62,154 bases of DNA from an uncultured Bacteroidales bacterium (GCA_964451605.1 CAYVJA010000007.1:1-62154), one strand, 5' to 3'. Counted from the first letter of the stretch, positions 48,205 through 57,694 are shown. Notes: a model not told the origin generated them from the sequence alone. Made by a program: numbers and translations.

Positions 48205-48952
48205 AATCGTTGTTCTTTATCCAGTCGTATCCTTGTTCTTCGAGCTTGAGAGCCAAATCTTTATCTCCGCTGATGGCAATTTTTCCGTCTATCAGCACAT
48301 GAACAAAATCGGGAACAATGTAATCGAGGAGTCTTTGGTAGTGCGTGATAACAATGGTGCTGGTTGTGGCCGATTTCAACCGGTTAACCCCTCCGGCAAC
48401 AATCCGGAGCGCATCAATGTCGAGACCGCTGTCGGTTTCATCAAGAATCGAGAGCCGGGGTTCCAGCATAGCCATCTGAAAAATTTCGTTCTTTTTCTTT
48501 TCTCCTCCCGAGAAACCTTCATTGACAGCACGATTGATCAGTTTTTGATCGATTTCGACAAATTTCATCTTTTCGCGCATCATTTTCAGAAAGTCGCCTG
48601 CCGAGAGGGCCTCAAGACCTTGGTAGGTACGACGTTCATTTACGGCTGCCCGCATAAAGTTGGCCATGCTCACTCCGGGAATTTCGACCGGGTATTGAAA
48701 ACTGAGAAAAATACCCATGCGGGCTCTCTCTTCGGGAGCCAACTCCAACAGATCCCTTCCTTCGAATTGTACCTCTCCCTGTGTTACCTGATACATCTCC
48801 CTTCCCGTAAGAATGGAGGCAAGGGTGCTTTTTCCCGATCCGTTCGGGCCCATTATGGCGTGTACTTCGCCGGGTTTTATGGTAAGATTGATACCCTTCA
48901 GAATGGGCTTGTCGTTGATCTGCGCATGCAGATTCTTAATGGTCAATAACAT
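48194..48952 (-). CDS. sufC: Fe-S cluster assembly ATPase SufC
   Basis: Walker A GPNGSGKST, signature FSGGEKK, Walker B LSILDETDSGLD. Confidence 0.95.
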   Translation of the reverse strand: MLLTIKNLHAQINDKPILKGINLTIKPGEVHAIMGPNGSGKSTLASILTGREMYQVTQGEVQFEGRDLLELAPEERARMGIFLSFQYPVEIPGVSMANFMRAAVNERRTYQGLEALSAGDFLKMMREKMKFVEIDQKLINRAVNEGFSGGEKKKNEIFQMAMLEPRLSILDETDSGLDIDALRIVAGGVNRLKSATTSTIVITHYQRLLDYIVPDFVHVLIDGKIAISGDKDLALKLEEQGYDWIKNNDYEA

Positions 48953-48970
48953 GTTCGATAATTTAACGGT

Positions 48971-50434
48971 TTAACCCACACTTCCTTCAAGGCTGATCTG
49001 TAATAGTTTTTGCGCTTCTATGGCAAATTCCATGGGCAGTTGGTTCAACACTTCACGGGCATACCCGTTAACTATCAAACCAACGGCATTTTCGGTATCG
49101 ATTCCTCTCTGGTTGCAATAAAAAATCTGGTCTTCACCAATCTTCGATGTGGTGGCTTCGTGTTCTACCACGGCCGAGGAGTTGGCAATATCTATATAGG
49201 GAAAGGTATGTGCGCCACACTTGTCGCCCAGGAGAAGGCTGTCGCATTGCGAATAGTTTCGCGCATTTTCGGCCCCCTTCATGATTTTTACCATACCCCG
49301 GTAGCTGTTTTGGCTGTTGCCTGCCGAGATTCCCTTCGAGACAATCCGGCTTCGGGTGTTTTTCCCCAGGTGAATCATCTTGGTTCCGGTATCGGCCTGC
49401 TGATGATGACGAGTCAGCGCCACTGAGTAAAATTCGCTCGAAGAGTTGTCGCCCTTAAGAATGGTGCTGGGATATTTCCATGTGATGGCTGACCCGGTTT
49501 CTACCTGTGTCCAGGAGATTTTCGAATCGTTTCCCTTACAGATGCCCCTTTTGGTTACAAAGTTATAGATGCCTCCTTTCCCCTCTTTATCACCCGGATA
49601 CCAATTCTGAACGGTGGAGTATTTTACCTCTGCCCGGGCCATGGCCACTATCTCTACTACGGCTGCATGAAGCTGATTTTCGTCACGACGTGGGGCTGTG
49701 CATCCCTCCAGATAACTCACATAGCTTCCCTCTTCGGCAATAATAAGGGTTCGTTCGAACTGGCCCGTTCCTGCTGCATTGATTCGGAAATAGGTAGAGA
49801 GTTCCATGGGACATCTTACCCCTTTGGGAATATAGCAGAACGATCCGTCGCTGAATACTGCCGAGTTCAGGGCAGCAAAGAAGTTATCACCATGAGGGAC
49901 CACCGAACCCAGATAGGTTTTTATCAAATCGGGGTAGTCGCGGATGGCTTCACTCATGGAGCAGAAGATAATACCCTTCTCGGCAAGTGTTTCACGGAAA
50001 GTGGTTTTCACCGACGAACTATCCATTACGGCGTCTATGGCAACCCCTTTTACCCCTGCCAGCAATTTCTGCTCTTCGAGGGGTATCCCCAACTTATCGA
50101 AAGTGGCTTTTAACTCCGGATCAACCTCGTTCAGATCCTGATATTTGGGGTCTCTTTTGGGCGCTGAATAGTATATGATATCCTGAAAGTCGATTTCGGG
50201 CAATTGGAGATGTGCCCATTTGGGCATCTTCATGGTTTGCCATTTCCGGAAGGCGCGCAACCGGTATTCCAGCATATATTCCGGTTCCTGTTTTATCGAA
50301 GAGATGAGGCGCACAGTCTCTTCGCTCAATCCTTTGGGTATCGATTCGTTTTCGACATTTGTGGTAAACCCGAATTCGTACTCTTTGTTTGTCAGATTGT
50401 CGAGGAGCTCGTCTTGTGTATAGGACTCTTTCAT
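48971..50434 (-). CDS. sufB: Fe-S cluster assembly scaffold SufB
   Basis: 487 aa with a highly conserved SufB core ([31 protein letters not shown]). Confidence 0.95.
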   Translation of the reverse strand: MKESYTQDELLDNLTNKEYEFGFTTNVENESIPKGLSEETVRLISSIKQEPEYMLEYRLRAFRKWQTMKMPKWAHLQLPEIDFQDIIYYSAPKRDPKYQDLNEVDPELKATFDKLGIPLEEQKLLAGVKGVAIDAVMDSSSVKTTFRETLAEKGIIFCSMSEAIRDYPDLIKTYLGSVVPHGDNFFAALNSAVFSDGSFCYIPKGVRCPMELSTYFRINAAGTGQFERTLIIAEEGSYVSYLEGCTAPRRDENQLHAAVVEIVAMARAEVKYSTVQNWYPGDKEGKGGIYNFVTKRGICKGNDSKISWTQVETGSAITWKYPSTILKGDNSSSEFYSVALTRHHQQADTGTKMIHLGKNTRSRIVSKGISAGNSQNSYRGMVKIMKGAENARNYSQCDSLLLGDKCGAHTFPYIDIANSSAVVEHEATTSKIGEDQIFYCNQRGIDTENAVGLIVNGYAREVLNQLPMEFAIEAQKLLQISLEGSVG

Positions 50435-50480
50435 GTGTCAGGTCAAAATAGAGGCTGCGGCACTGGTGCTTGCCGCGGCA

Positions 50481-50488
50481 CAAAAGTA
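50481..50488 (-). promoter_or_regulatory. putative -7 box (TACTTTTG on the minus strand) for sufB
   Basis: Plus strand reads CAAAAGTA, 46 nt upstream of sufB ATG 50434. Confidence 0.3.
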
Positions 50489-50499
50489 TATAAATCGTA

Positions 50500-51417
50500 C
50501 TATCCCCCCGAATTTTCGGGTTCGTGATCTAGCAACAGCGGGTCGATATTCGTCATATTCCTAAAACAGAATTTGTCTTCAACCAGTTTTACCTGCCGAG
50601 GAAACTCCAGTTTCCGTATTCTGATTGTTCTTGCGTTCAGGTAGATGGGTTTGTCTGTAATCCCCTCGCACACCACTTTGAAATATTTTACGATATCCTG
50701 TGTACAAAAGGCAGTCACGCTGGTAAAATAGGCATCTACCTGACACTGTTTCGAGAAGGCCACCAACTCCTCGGCCGGAATGGCTTTACCTAAGTAGATA
50801 GGACGTTGTCCACACTTGGTAATCAGGAATTTAAAGAAAAGTCCGCCCATCTCACGATACTCTCCTTCAGGAAGAAATATGGCTATTTTCTTTGCGTCGG
50901 GCTGTGTTGATACGGGGAGCCCGTCGATAGCCACGCACAGCCGCTGCCGTATGAGATTGGAGATAAACTGTTCGTGTGGAGTCAGAATGGATCCGGTTTG
51001 CCAAAGCACCCCTATTTTATCGACCAGAGGGAGTATGATACGAATCATTGCATCGACCAGTCCGTACTGAAGAAGTGCTTTCGAGAAGATTCTGTCGAAA
51101 TGGGCTTCATCAAACTGCAACATCGCGTCCATAAACTGATCCATCTGGATTTGAATATCAGAGTGGAGCTCAATGAGATTCATCACATGTTCGCTCAACT
51201 CGTCTTCATTCATGGCTGCAATCTTCGAGATTTTGTAGCCGTTTTTATAGAGCATGGCCACCCGCATCAATTTTTTCAGATCATTTCCTGAATAGATCCG
51301 GATATTCGAATCGGAACGCGCCGGTTCGAGGAGGTTGTATCGCTGCTCCCACATGCGTAGGGTATGTGCCATAATCCCCGACAGGTCGGACAGATTTTTT
51401 ATGGAGTATTCGGCCAT
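50500..51417 (-). CDS. MerR-family regulator with CarH/LitR-like B12-binding-type C-terminal domains (His ligand not evident)
   Basis: N-terminal MerR HTH (YSIKNLSDLSGIMAHTLRMWEQRYNLLEPARSDSNIRIYS). The middle helical module has VLWQTGSILTPHEQF. The C-terminal Rossmann-like module KKIAIFLPEGEYREMGG has Arg where the DxHxxG His would sit. Confidence 0.65.
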   Translation of the reverse strand: MAEYSIKNLSDLSGIMAHTLRMWEQRYNLLEPARSDSNIRIYSGNDLKKLMRVAMLYKNGYKISKIAAMNEDELSEHVMNLIELHSDIQIQMDQFMDAMLQFDEAHFDRIFSKALLQYGLVDAMIRIILPLVDKIGVLWQTGSILTPHEQFISNLIRQRLCVAIDGLPVSTQPDAKKIAIFLPEGEYREMGGLFFKFLITKCGQRPIYLGKAIPAEELVAFSKQCQVDAYFTSVTAFCTQDIVKYFKVVCEGITDKPIYLNARTIRIRKLEFPRQVKLVEDKFCFRNMTNIDPLLLDHEPENSGG

Positions 51418-51476
51418 GAATAGATTCTCAATTCGTAACTAAACTGACTAACAATCAAAGAAGGGGATTTGTTTAA

Positions 51477-51516
51477 ATGCTCTAGTGCTCTAATGCTCTA
51501 ATGCTGCGCTTCGCGC
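51477..51516 (+). repeat. copy of the RTGCTCTA octamer / GCGCTTCGCGC intergenic repeat
   Basis: ATGCTCTA GTGCTCTA ATGCTCTA ATGCT GCGCTTCGCGC. Near-identical to 60606-60654 but with one octamer fewer. Ends 2 nt before the methyltransferase stop codon. Confidence 0.8.
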
Positions 51517-51518
51517 TT

Positions 51519-52184
51519 CTAAACTGAATTATTCATTTGTTTTCTTATTAGGTAGATTCCGTCGCGAAGAGGCAGCATCAACTTCTCCACCCGGTTATCG
51601 GATCGGACTCTCTCATTGAACCGGGCGATTCCTTGTGAGGAGCGGTCGGCCGCAGGTTTGCCCTTGTAAGCACCATGCCACAGCACATTGTCGGCAATAA
51701 TAAGACCTCCCGGCTCTAATTTTTCCATAATTGCCTCATAGTAATCGCAATAGAGGCTTTTGTCGGCGTCAATAAAGGCTAGATTAACCCGGCAGGTCAG
51801 TTCGGGCAACCGCTTTAGGGCATCGCCCGTGAAGACTGTAATCTGTTTGGCAAGAGGGCTTTTGGCAATCTCTTCGCGCGCCATCAGCGCATTCTCGGGA
51901 TTCACCTCGAAGGTGTATAGCATGCCGTCGGGAGCCAATCCTTCTGCCAGGCAGAGGGCTGAGTATCCGGTAAAGGTGCCTATTTCAATTACATTGCGGG
52001 GGCGGATTAGTTTACTCAACATGCTGAGGAATCGTCCCTGCAGGTGACCGGAGACCATTTCCGGCTGGGGTCGTTGAAGATGGGTAATCCGGTAGAGGTT
52101 GTACAGTACTTCCGGTTCGGGATCGCTCTGTTGCAGCAGGAACTCCTCAAGTTCGCGGGTTGTACTGTGGGAAAAATCGGCCAT
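51519..52184 (-). CDS. class I SAM-dependent O-methyltransferase (caffeoyl-CoA OMT / YrrM-like)
   Basis: VIEIGTFTGYSALCLA SAM motif, FIDADK, and ADNVLW blocks. Confidence 0.75.
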   Translation of the reverse strand: MADFSHSTTRELEEFLLQQSDPEPEVLYNLYRITHLQRPQPEMVSGHLQGRFLSMLSKLIRPRNVIEIGTFTGYSALCLAEGLAPDGMLYTFEVNPENALMAREEIAKSPLAKQITVFTGDALKRLPELTCRVNLAFIDADKSLYCDYYEAIMEKLEPGGLIIADNVLWHGAYKGKPAADRSSQGIARFNERVRSDNRVEKLMLPLRDGIYLIRKQMNNSV

Positions 52185-52196
52185 GATGGCAAAATA

Positions 52197-53417
52197 TCAG
52201 GAGTAGGTTAACATAAACAGACGAGCGGGCGAGATAATCTCGTTGGCAATTTCGCGCAACTCGGTGGCCGATACAAGTTCTATTTTTTTGAATACCTCTT
52301 CAAGAGGTTCTACCCTATCGTAAAGCAAAAAGCTTTTGCCATAGCTCATCATGCGGGCTTCATCGCTTTCGGAAGCAATTGCCATTTGGCCTATGAGCTG
52401 CATTTTGGCTTTATGCAGTTGTAGCGTTCCCAGCGGCTTTTCGCACAAGGCAGTCAGCTCTTTTTGTGTAAGGGTAAGGCTTTTGTCAAGCGTGCTTCGA
52501 TCGGTTCCAAAGTATATGGTAAATATTCCGGTATCGACAAAGGGGGTGTAGGAGGCCTCAACATTGTAGGCGAGTCCTCTCTTTTCGCGCAGAATCATAT
52601 TGAGCCTTGCCGTCATACCGTTTCCGCCCAATAAATTAGTAAGGAGGAAAAGACCTGACCTTTGCGGGTTATTCAGGCTGTAGGCAGTGTTTCCCAGGAT
52701 GGTATGGGTTTGGTGCGTTTTTTTCGAAATGACTTGTTGAACGGCAGACCCGGCTGAAAAGGGGAGCCGTTGTGAAGTTCCGGTTGTGGAGGGGAAATGC
52801 CCCAAATACTTTGCGGCCCAGTGACAGATACGCGAAAAGGGAAGCGCGCCTGCGGTAGCTATCACCATCCGGTTGGTGGTGTAGTGTGCTTCCATGAATC
52901 GGAGAATATCTTTTCGTTGCAGACGAAGCAAGCTTTTTCGGGTCCCCAGGATATTTCGCCCCAGCGGATGTCCGGAAAATACCAGATCCTCAAAATCGTC
53001 GAAAATGCGTTCGGAGGGGGTGTCTTTGTAAGAGTTTATCTCTTCCAGAATAACCTCTCTCTCACTTTGCAGCGCTTTCTCCGAGAAGGTCGATTGAAAC
53101 ATCAGATCACTGAGTAACTCAATGGCTCTCTCGCAGTGTGCCTTCAGAAAAGAGCAGTGGATACAGGTTTCTTCTTTAGTGGTAAAGGCGTTTATCTCGC
53201 CTCCCACATCCTCCATCCGGCTGAGTATATGGAATGCTTTCCGTTTATGGGTTCCTTTAAATAGGAGATGCTCAATGAAATGAGCTATGCCTGCCTCGTT
53301 CTCGGTCTCATCGCGCGACCCGGTGTTAATATAAAAGGCACAATGAGCCACGGGCGATTGTGTCTCCTGATGAATGAGCCGGATGCCGTTTGGAAGGGTA
53401 AAAGTCTGAAAGGTCAT
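52197..53417 (-). CDS. M16-family (pitrilysin/insulinase) zinc peptidase
   Basis: Inverted zinc motif HFIEHLLFKG (HxxEH), from ATG 53417. Confidence 0.85.
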   Translation of the reverse strand: MTFQTFTLPNGIRLIHQETQSPVAHCAFYINTGSRDETENEAGIAHFIEHLLFKGTHKRKAFHILSRMEDVGGEINAFTTKEETCIHCSFLKAHCERAIELLSDLMFQSTFSEKALQSEREVILEEINSYKDTPSERIFDDFEDLVFSGHPLGRNILGTRKSLLRLQRKDILRFMEAHYTTNRMVIATAGALPFSRICHWAAKYLGHFPSTTGTSQRLPFSAGSAVQQVISKKTHQTHTILGNTAYSLNNPQRSGLFLLTNLLGGNGMTARLNMILREKRGLAYNVEASYTPFVDTGIFTIYFGTDRSTLDKSLTLTQKELTALCEKPLGTLQLHKAKMQLIGQMAIASESDEARMMSYGKSFLLYDRVEPLEEVFKKIELVSATELREIANEIISPARLFMLTYS

Positions 53418-53473
53418 GAGAACTGAATGTTCGGGCAAATTTACTCAATTTTCGCCCGAAAATCACAAAACCG

Positions 53474-53504
53474 TTTGGGGGAACCGAGAAAACCTCTATA
53501 TTTG
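53474..53504 (+). promoter_or_regulatory. putative Bacteroidota sigma-A promoter for tRNA-Phe
   Basis: TTTG at 53474-53477 and TATATTTG at 53497-53504, with 19 nt between them. The tRNA starts 16 nt downstream. Confidence 0.5.
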
Positions 53505-53519
53505 CACCTCGAAAATGAG

Positions 53520-53592
<73 letters not shown>

Positions 53593-53616
53593 CCTTCAAA
53601 GGGCCTGAAAACCCGC

Positions 53617-53650
53617 AAGATCCCCGAGCAGACGATGTCTCGGGGATCTT
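53617..53650. terminator. hairpin terminator between tRNA-Phe and the convergent Hdr-like operon
   Basis: AAGATCCCCGAG-CAGACGATGT-CTCGGGGATCTT followed by TGTTT on the plus strand. Confidence 0.65.
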
Positions 53651-53665
53651 TGTTTATCTCCGGAT

Positions 53666-54733
53666 TTATAAACATTTCAGATGCAGTGGGGCTGTCGGGC
53701 GACCCAAATCTAAGCCGTAGGCATCGCAGTATTTCTCTTCGGGATTATAGGAGATTCCCAGCTGATTCAGCAGAGATTCTACCGAAACCTGATGGACTTG
53801 CAGACCTATATCCCAGGGATTATATCCCAGCAATAAGCCGGCCAGCTCTTCGAAAGTGAGAACAGGAATTCCATATCCGTCGCGGCCATAGGTTTTCTGC
53901 TCCATTTCGGCAATGGTATATTGCCATCTGTCCAGAAAGAAGGCGCATCCGGGACAGTTGGCAATAATCAAGTCGGGATGAAAGGGCTCCATTGAGTCGA
54001 ACTTTAATTTGGAGTTTCCCACGGAATAGCCCCTGTTAGATTTCAGCAGATATTGTCGAAACCCAAAGCCACAACAGTGGCGTCGTTCGGGATAATCTAT
54101 CTGTTTCCCGCCCCACGTGTCAACCAGTCCGCTTAAAACCGACGGATACTCGGCACCCCCAATCCCCTCTTCAGGGAAAATTTTTGCATAATGGCATCCC
54201 ACATGGTCGACCACACCCAGGGGCTCGCCTCTGTTTTTGTCGATTAGCCTGAATTGGGCTTTTTCTGCAATCTCTTTCCTGAATTTGTAGATCAAATCGC
54301 TACTGTGCACCAGGTTATCCGGGATTTCAAAGGTCATGCCTGTTGCTCTCTTCAAGCTTTGGCGCGTCTTCTCCTCCAGTTCGGGAAAATGCTTCCAGGT
54401 TTCCAGAATCTCTTTATAGATCCCGAAGGAGGTGACGCAGGAGCAGACAAAATTTTTGCAGCCTGCCTGATTCATTAGGGCAAACTGTCTGGCCACTACT
54501 GTCATAGTGGTTTCGAAGGGGATGATTCCGGAATGGTAGGCTATTCCGGTACATGAGGTCTGGCGCTCATCATCGAAAATATCCTTTCCCAGATTATCCC
54601 GCATAATTTTCAGAAAGAGCTCCTCTGCTGCAGGGAAGAAGTTCTGCCGTATACAACTTCGGGCAAAGTAGAAGTGGTTATCGGCTATCTCTTTCTGGTA
54701 CGCTTTCCACTTAGGGTTCTCGGTAAGCTTCAT
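53666..54733 (-). CDS. HdrB-like CCG-domain (cysteine-rich) protein
   Basis: Two cysteine-rich CCG-type repeats. The second carries the canonical RRHCCGFG plus NCPGC, while the first reads TSCTG. 355 aa. It follows an HdrC-like gene. Confidence 0.65.
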   Translation of the reverse strand: MKLTENPKWKAYQKEIADNHFYFARSCIRQNFFPAAEELFLKIMRDNLGKDIFDDERQTSCTGIAYHSGIIPFETTMTVVARQFALMNQAGCKNFVCSCVTSFGIYKEILETWKHFPELEEKTRQSLKRATGMTFEIPDNLVHSSDLIYKFRKEIAEKAQFRLIDKNRGEPLGVVDHVGCHYAKIFPEEGIGGAEYPSVLSGLVDTWGGKQIDYPERRHCCGFGFRQYLLKSNRGYSVGNSKLKFDSMEPFHPDLIIANCPGCAFFLDRWQYTIAEMEQKTYGRDGYGIPVLTFEELAGLLLGYNPWDIGLQVHQVSVESLLNQLGISYNPEEKYCDAYGLDLGRPTAPLHLKCL

Positions 54734-54758
54734 GGATACACATGGATTTATAGCACTC

Positions 54759-55430
54759 CTAACTGTTTTCTAACTGATCCAGATAGGCCTCAACTGAGAG
54801 ACCTGACTCCTTTGCCTTTTGGGCAGTGAGTCGTTCCATCTCTCTGAAGCGTTCGGCCGCACCCGTCTCCTCGAAGATTCGCTTCAAATCGGATAACGAA
54901 CGCTCGGGAATCTGTCGAAGCCCTCCTTTTTCCTCTTGTTTGTAGTGCGATCCCAACCGACTCAGCAGTTTTTGGCGGTTTTCCCGCATCCAATCCCAGA
55001 CAGGCCCTTGTTCCGGGTATCGTGACGTATCAATCTCATCGATATAGACACAATAACCGTATTCCAGGATATGTTTGCCTATGGTACTCCTAAGAGCCAG
55101 TTGCTTCCGTCCCTGCGGGCTCTCCATGAAGTAACCTGTCTCCATGGATAAATTGCGGAGTGCCTGCACAATATAGCCGGGTGTATTTCCTCTGGGACAA
55201 CGTGTTTTGCACGAAAGACACTCTCCGCAGAACCATATAGTATCGCCCTTCAGCAATTGCTCAATCTCTTTTTCGTTCCCCTGTTGAACCGTGTCGATAA
55301 TCTGGCGTGGGTCGTAGTCGCACATGGCCGCAGCAGGGCAGATGGCAGTACACACTCCGCAGTTAATACAGGCTTTAAGCCCTTCAACTACCCTGACATC
55401 GTTGTGTAACATTTCTACTAAGGATTTCAT
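54759..55430 (-). CDS. HdrC-like 2x[4Fe-4S] ferredoxin-domain protein
   Basis: CINCGVCTAICP and CGECLSCKTRCP motifs. 223 aa. Confidence 0.7.
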   Translation of the reverse strand: MKSLVEMLHNDVRVVEGLKACINCGVCTAICPAAAMCDYDPRQIIDTVQQGNEKEIEQLLKGDTIWFCGECLSCKTRCPRGNTPGYIVQALRNLSMETGYFMESPQGRKQLALRSTIGKHILEYGYCVYIDEIDTSRYPEQGPVWDWMRENRQKLLSRLGSHYKQEEKGGLRQIPERSLSDLKRIFEETGAAERFREMERLTAQKAKESGLSVEAYLDQLENS

Positions 55431-55453
55431 GACTTCCTTATTTCAACTTCCCT

Positions 55454-55894
55454 TTATTCATGAATCAGGTCGTATACCCATCCGGCTGTGTCGCCAACTA
55501 TCTGCCTGCAGATGATTTTATGGTGTTTCCGTTCGGATACATCCGCTTCGGAAGCAAACTTTTTCAATAGTTCGCCGCAATTAGTTGTGCCGTGTTGTAA
55601 CTCGACTATCCCATTTAACTCTCTGACTTTTTTATAGGCATAGAGTTTTTTCTCCATCTCTTCGGGAAGAGTGTTCCCGTATTTTAGCCCCAATACCATA
55701 AAACCTCCGGTAACAGCCCCGCACTTTTCTCGTAGCCGTCCCATCCCGCCACCAAAGGTCGAAGCAACTCGCTTCGCCAGGGTTTCGTCGAGATCAAGCT
55801 GTTTTGCAAAGGTGAGCAGTACCGATTGTGAGCAGGCATATCCCTGGTCGAAAAATGCCTGAGCCTTCTCTATGGCCTCGTCTCTTGTCATCAT
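55454..55894 (-). CDS. C_GCAxxG_C_C-family putative redox-active protein
   Basis: GYACSQSVLLTFA, KCGAVTGG, and later Cys residues in NCGELL and ICRQ. 146 aa. ATGA overlap with the upstream ATPase gene. Confidence 0.75.
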   Translation of the reverse strand: MMTRDEAIEKAQAFFDQGYACSQSVLLTFAKQLDLDETLAKRVASTFGGGMGRLREKCGAVTGGFMVLGLKYGNTLPEEMEKKLYAYKKVRELNGIVELQHGTTNCGELLKKFASEADVSERKHHKIICRQIVGDTAGWVYDLIHE

Positions 55895-56808
55895 GATTTT
55901 CTATTTTTTATTGTTTTCTCTAACAGCGTTTTCCATATGCTTTTGGTCACGTGGGCGGGTTCTGATTCCGGATCCCATTCTACGATACTTTGGCAGTGAA
56001 TCATCGCCTCTACAATCTTCTCACTAAAGGGAATTTTTCCAAGCACTTCAATGCCTTTATCGAAGCACCATGCCTCGATTTGTCTGCTTACTGCCGGATT
56101 CAGATCGTATTTATTAATTACCAGATAGCTTGGTATGTTAAAGTTTTCAGTCAGTTCCAGCATCCTTTTTACATCATGCAGGCCCGATTGGGAAGGTTCT
56201 GTTACGGCCACAACCACTGTAGTTCCGGCAATCGACGCTATGGCCGGACATCCTGTCCCCGGAGGTCCATCGATTAGGATGATCTCGCTGTCGGATTCTG
56301 CTGCTACTTTTCGAGCCACTTCTCTTACTACGCTAACCAATCGGCCGGAATTTTCCTCGCCCGGAGCCAGTCTGGCATGGACAAGTGTCCCATTCCGATA
56401 ATTTCCTATATACCACCGACTTTTCTGGTTAGGAAGCATGGCTATTGCTTGTTCGGGGCAGATTCTTGCACAGAGTTTGCATCCATCGCAAACAATCTCA
56501 TCAATCCAAACCCGCTCTTCTTTCACCGAAATGGCGTCGAATCGGCAATAGGTGGTACAGAGTTGACAATGGGTACATAACGTATAATCAATTTCTGCTC
56601 TGTGACCTGATATAAATGGCTCTGCAATATAGTTTTCCGGTTGAAGAATCAGGTGAAGGTTGGCTGCATCGACATCGCAGTCTGCGACTGTCCGTTTCGG
56701 CCCGATTGTTGAAAAGGCTGCGCTGAGACTGGTTTTTCCTGTCCCTCCCTTTCCGCTCATAATGGCGATTTCCACTGCTTTGTGTTTCTCCTGTTTGCTT
56801 GCCATCAT
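55891..56808 (-). CDS. MinD/ParA-superfamily P-loop ATPase with an inserted double 4Fe-4S ferredoxin module (copy 2)
   Basis: Deviant Walker A SGKGGTGKTS, CTHCQLCTTYC and CDGCKLCARIC motifs. Its start abuts the stop of copy 1. Confidence 0.75.
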   Translation of the reverse strand: MMASKQEKHKAVEIAIMSGKGGTGKTSLSAAFSTIGPKRTVADCDVDAANLHLILQPENYIAEPFISGHRAEIDYTLCTHCQLCTTYCRFDAISVKEERVWIDEIVCDGCKLCARICPEQAIAMLPNQKSRWYIGNYRNGTLVHARLAPGEENSGRLVSVVREVARKVAAESDSEIILIDGPPGTGCPAIASIAGTTVVVAVTEPSQSGLHDVKRMLELTENFNIPSYLVINKYDLNPAVSRQIEAWCFDKGIEVLGKIPFSEKIVEAMIHCQSIVEWDPESEPAHVTKSIWKTLLEKTIKNRKS

Positions 56809-57681
56809 TCAACAGTCATTATCAATCTGATTGTATGTTTCGCAGATTTTTTGGTAGAGTTGAAGGAATGTGCTGCGATACTTCCGATTTTTCTCTGCTA
56901 CGACTCCTCCTTCCGCATAGATGCGGGCAATTTCCCGATCCATGGGAATCTCCGCCAGAAGCGTAATCTGTTCGGTTTCCAGATATTGGTAAACATCCCT
57001 GTTCCCCAGGCCGGCCCGGTTGATAATCACGCCAAAGGGTTTGCCAAGTTCTTTTAAGGTATCGACCGATAACTTCAGGTCGTGAAGACCAAATGGTGTA
57101 GGTTCGGTTACCAAAACTACATAGTCGGACTTACTAACCGTGGCAATAAAAGGACAAGAGATCCCCGGTGGAGAATCAAGCAGGGTAAACTCCTTTCCTT
57201 CCGCTTCTCGAATGGCTCTTTTGATAACCGAAACGGGCGAAGCAACGCCCACTTCTGTGCAACCGGTAACCACCAACGCATGACTATTCATCCAGTTGTG
57301 GCTAACAGTTCCAACCTTTTTCTCTTTTTCGGTAATCGCGTCGGATGTACAAACTGTAACACAAGCTCCGCAATCGTGGCATAAACTCTCTACTACTTGT
57401 ATGTATTGATTGTCGGGCAAATAGAAAATGGCGTTGTAGTTGCAGTATTCGAAACATTTTCCACACCAGATGCATTTGTCCGGATCAATATGCGGGACAT
57501 GTTGTGTTACTTCTATCGTATCGGAGGGTTCACCCGACAAGAACTCCCCCACATTGGGCTCTTCTGCATCGCAATCGACCAGGGTAACCGGAATTTGCCT
57601 GTTCTGGAGTGTCCAAAACAGATTGGTGGCAACCAGGGTCTTGCCGGTACCTCCTTTCCCGCTGGCAATAGCAATAATCAT
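56809..57681 (-). CDS. MinD/ParA-superfamily P-loop ATPase with an inserted double 4Fe-4S ferredoxin module (copy 1)
   Basis: MIIAIASGKGGTGKT, CIWCGKCFEYC and CHDCGACVTVC motifs. Confidence 0.75.
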   Translation of the reverse strand: MIIAIASGKGGTGKTLVATNLFWTLQNRQIPVTLVDCDAEEPNVGEFLSGEPSDTIEVTQHVPHIDPDKCIWCGKCFEYCNYNAIFYLPDNQYIQVVESLCHDCGACVTVCTSDAITEKEKKVGTVSHNWMNSHALVVTGCTEVGVASPVSVIKRAIREAEGKEFTLLDSPPGISCPFIATVSKSDYVVLVTEPTPFGLHDLKLSVDTLKELGKPFGVIINRAGLGNRDVYQYLETEQITLLAEIPMDREIARIYAEGGVVAEKNRKYRSTFLQLYQKICETYNQIDNDC

Positions 57682-57694
57682 GAGGGAATCTGGC

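Noticed and set aside
48098-48949. 283-aa plus-strand ORF
   Set aside because: It lies antisense to sufC, which has clear Walker A, ABC signature and Walker B motifs. Shadow ORF.
53666-55430. Methanogen-type heterodisulfide reductase
   Set aside because: The bacterial (Bacteroidota) context, and the absence of HdrA, Mvh or CoM/CoB genes, mean only the fold family can be claimed, not CoM-S-S-CoB reduction.
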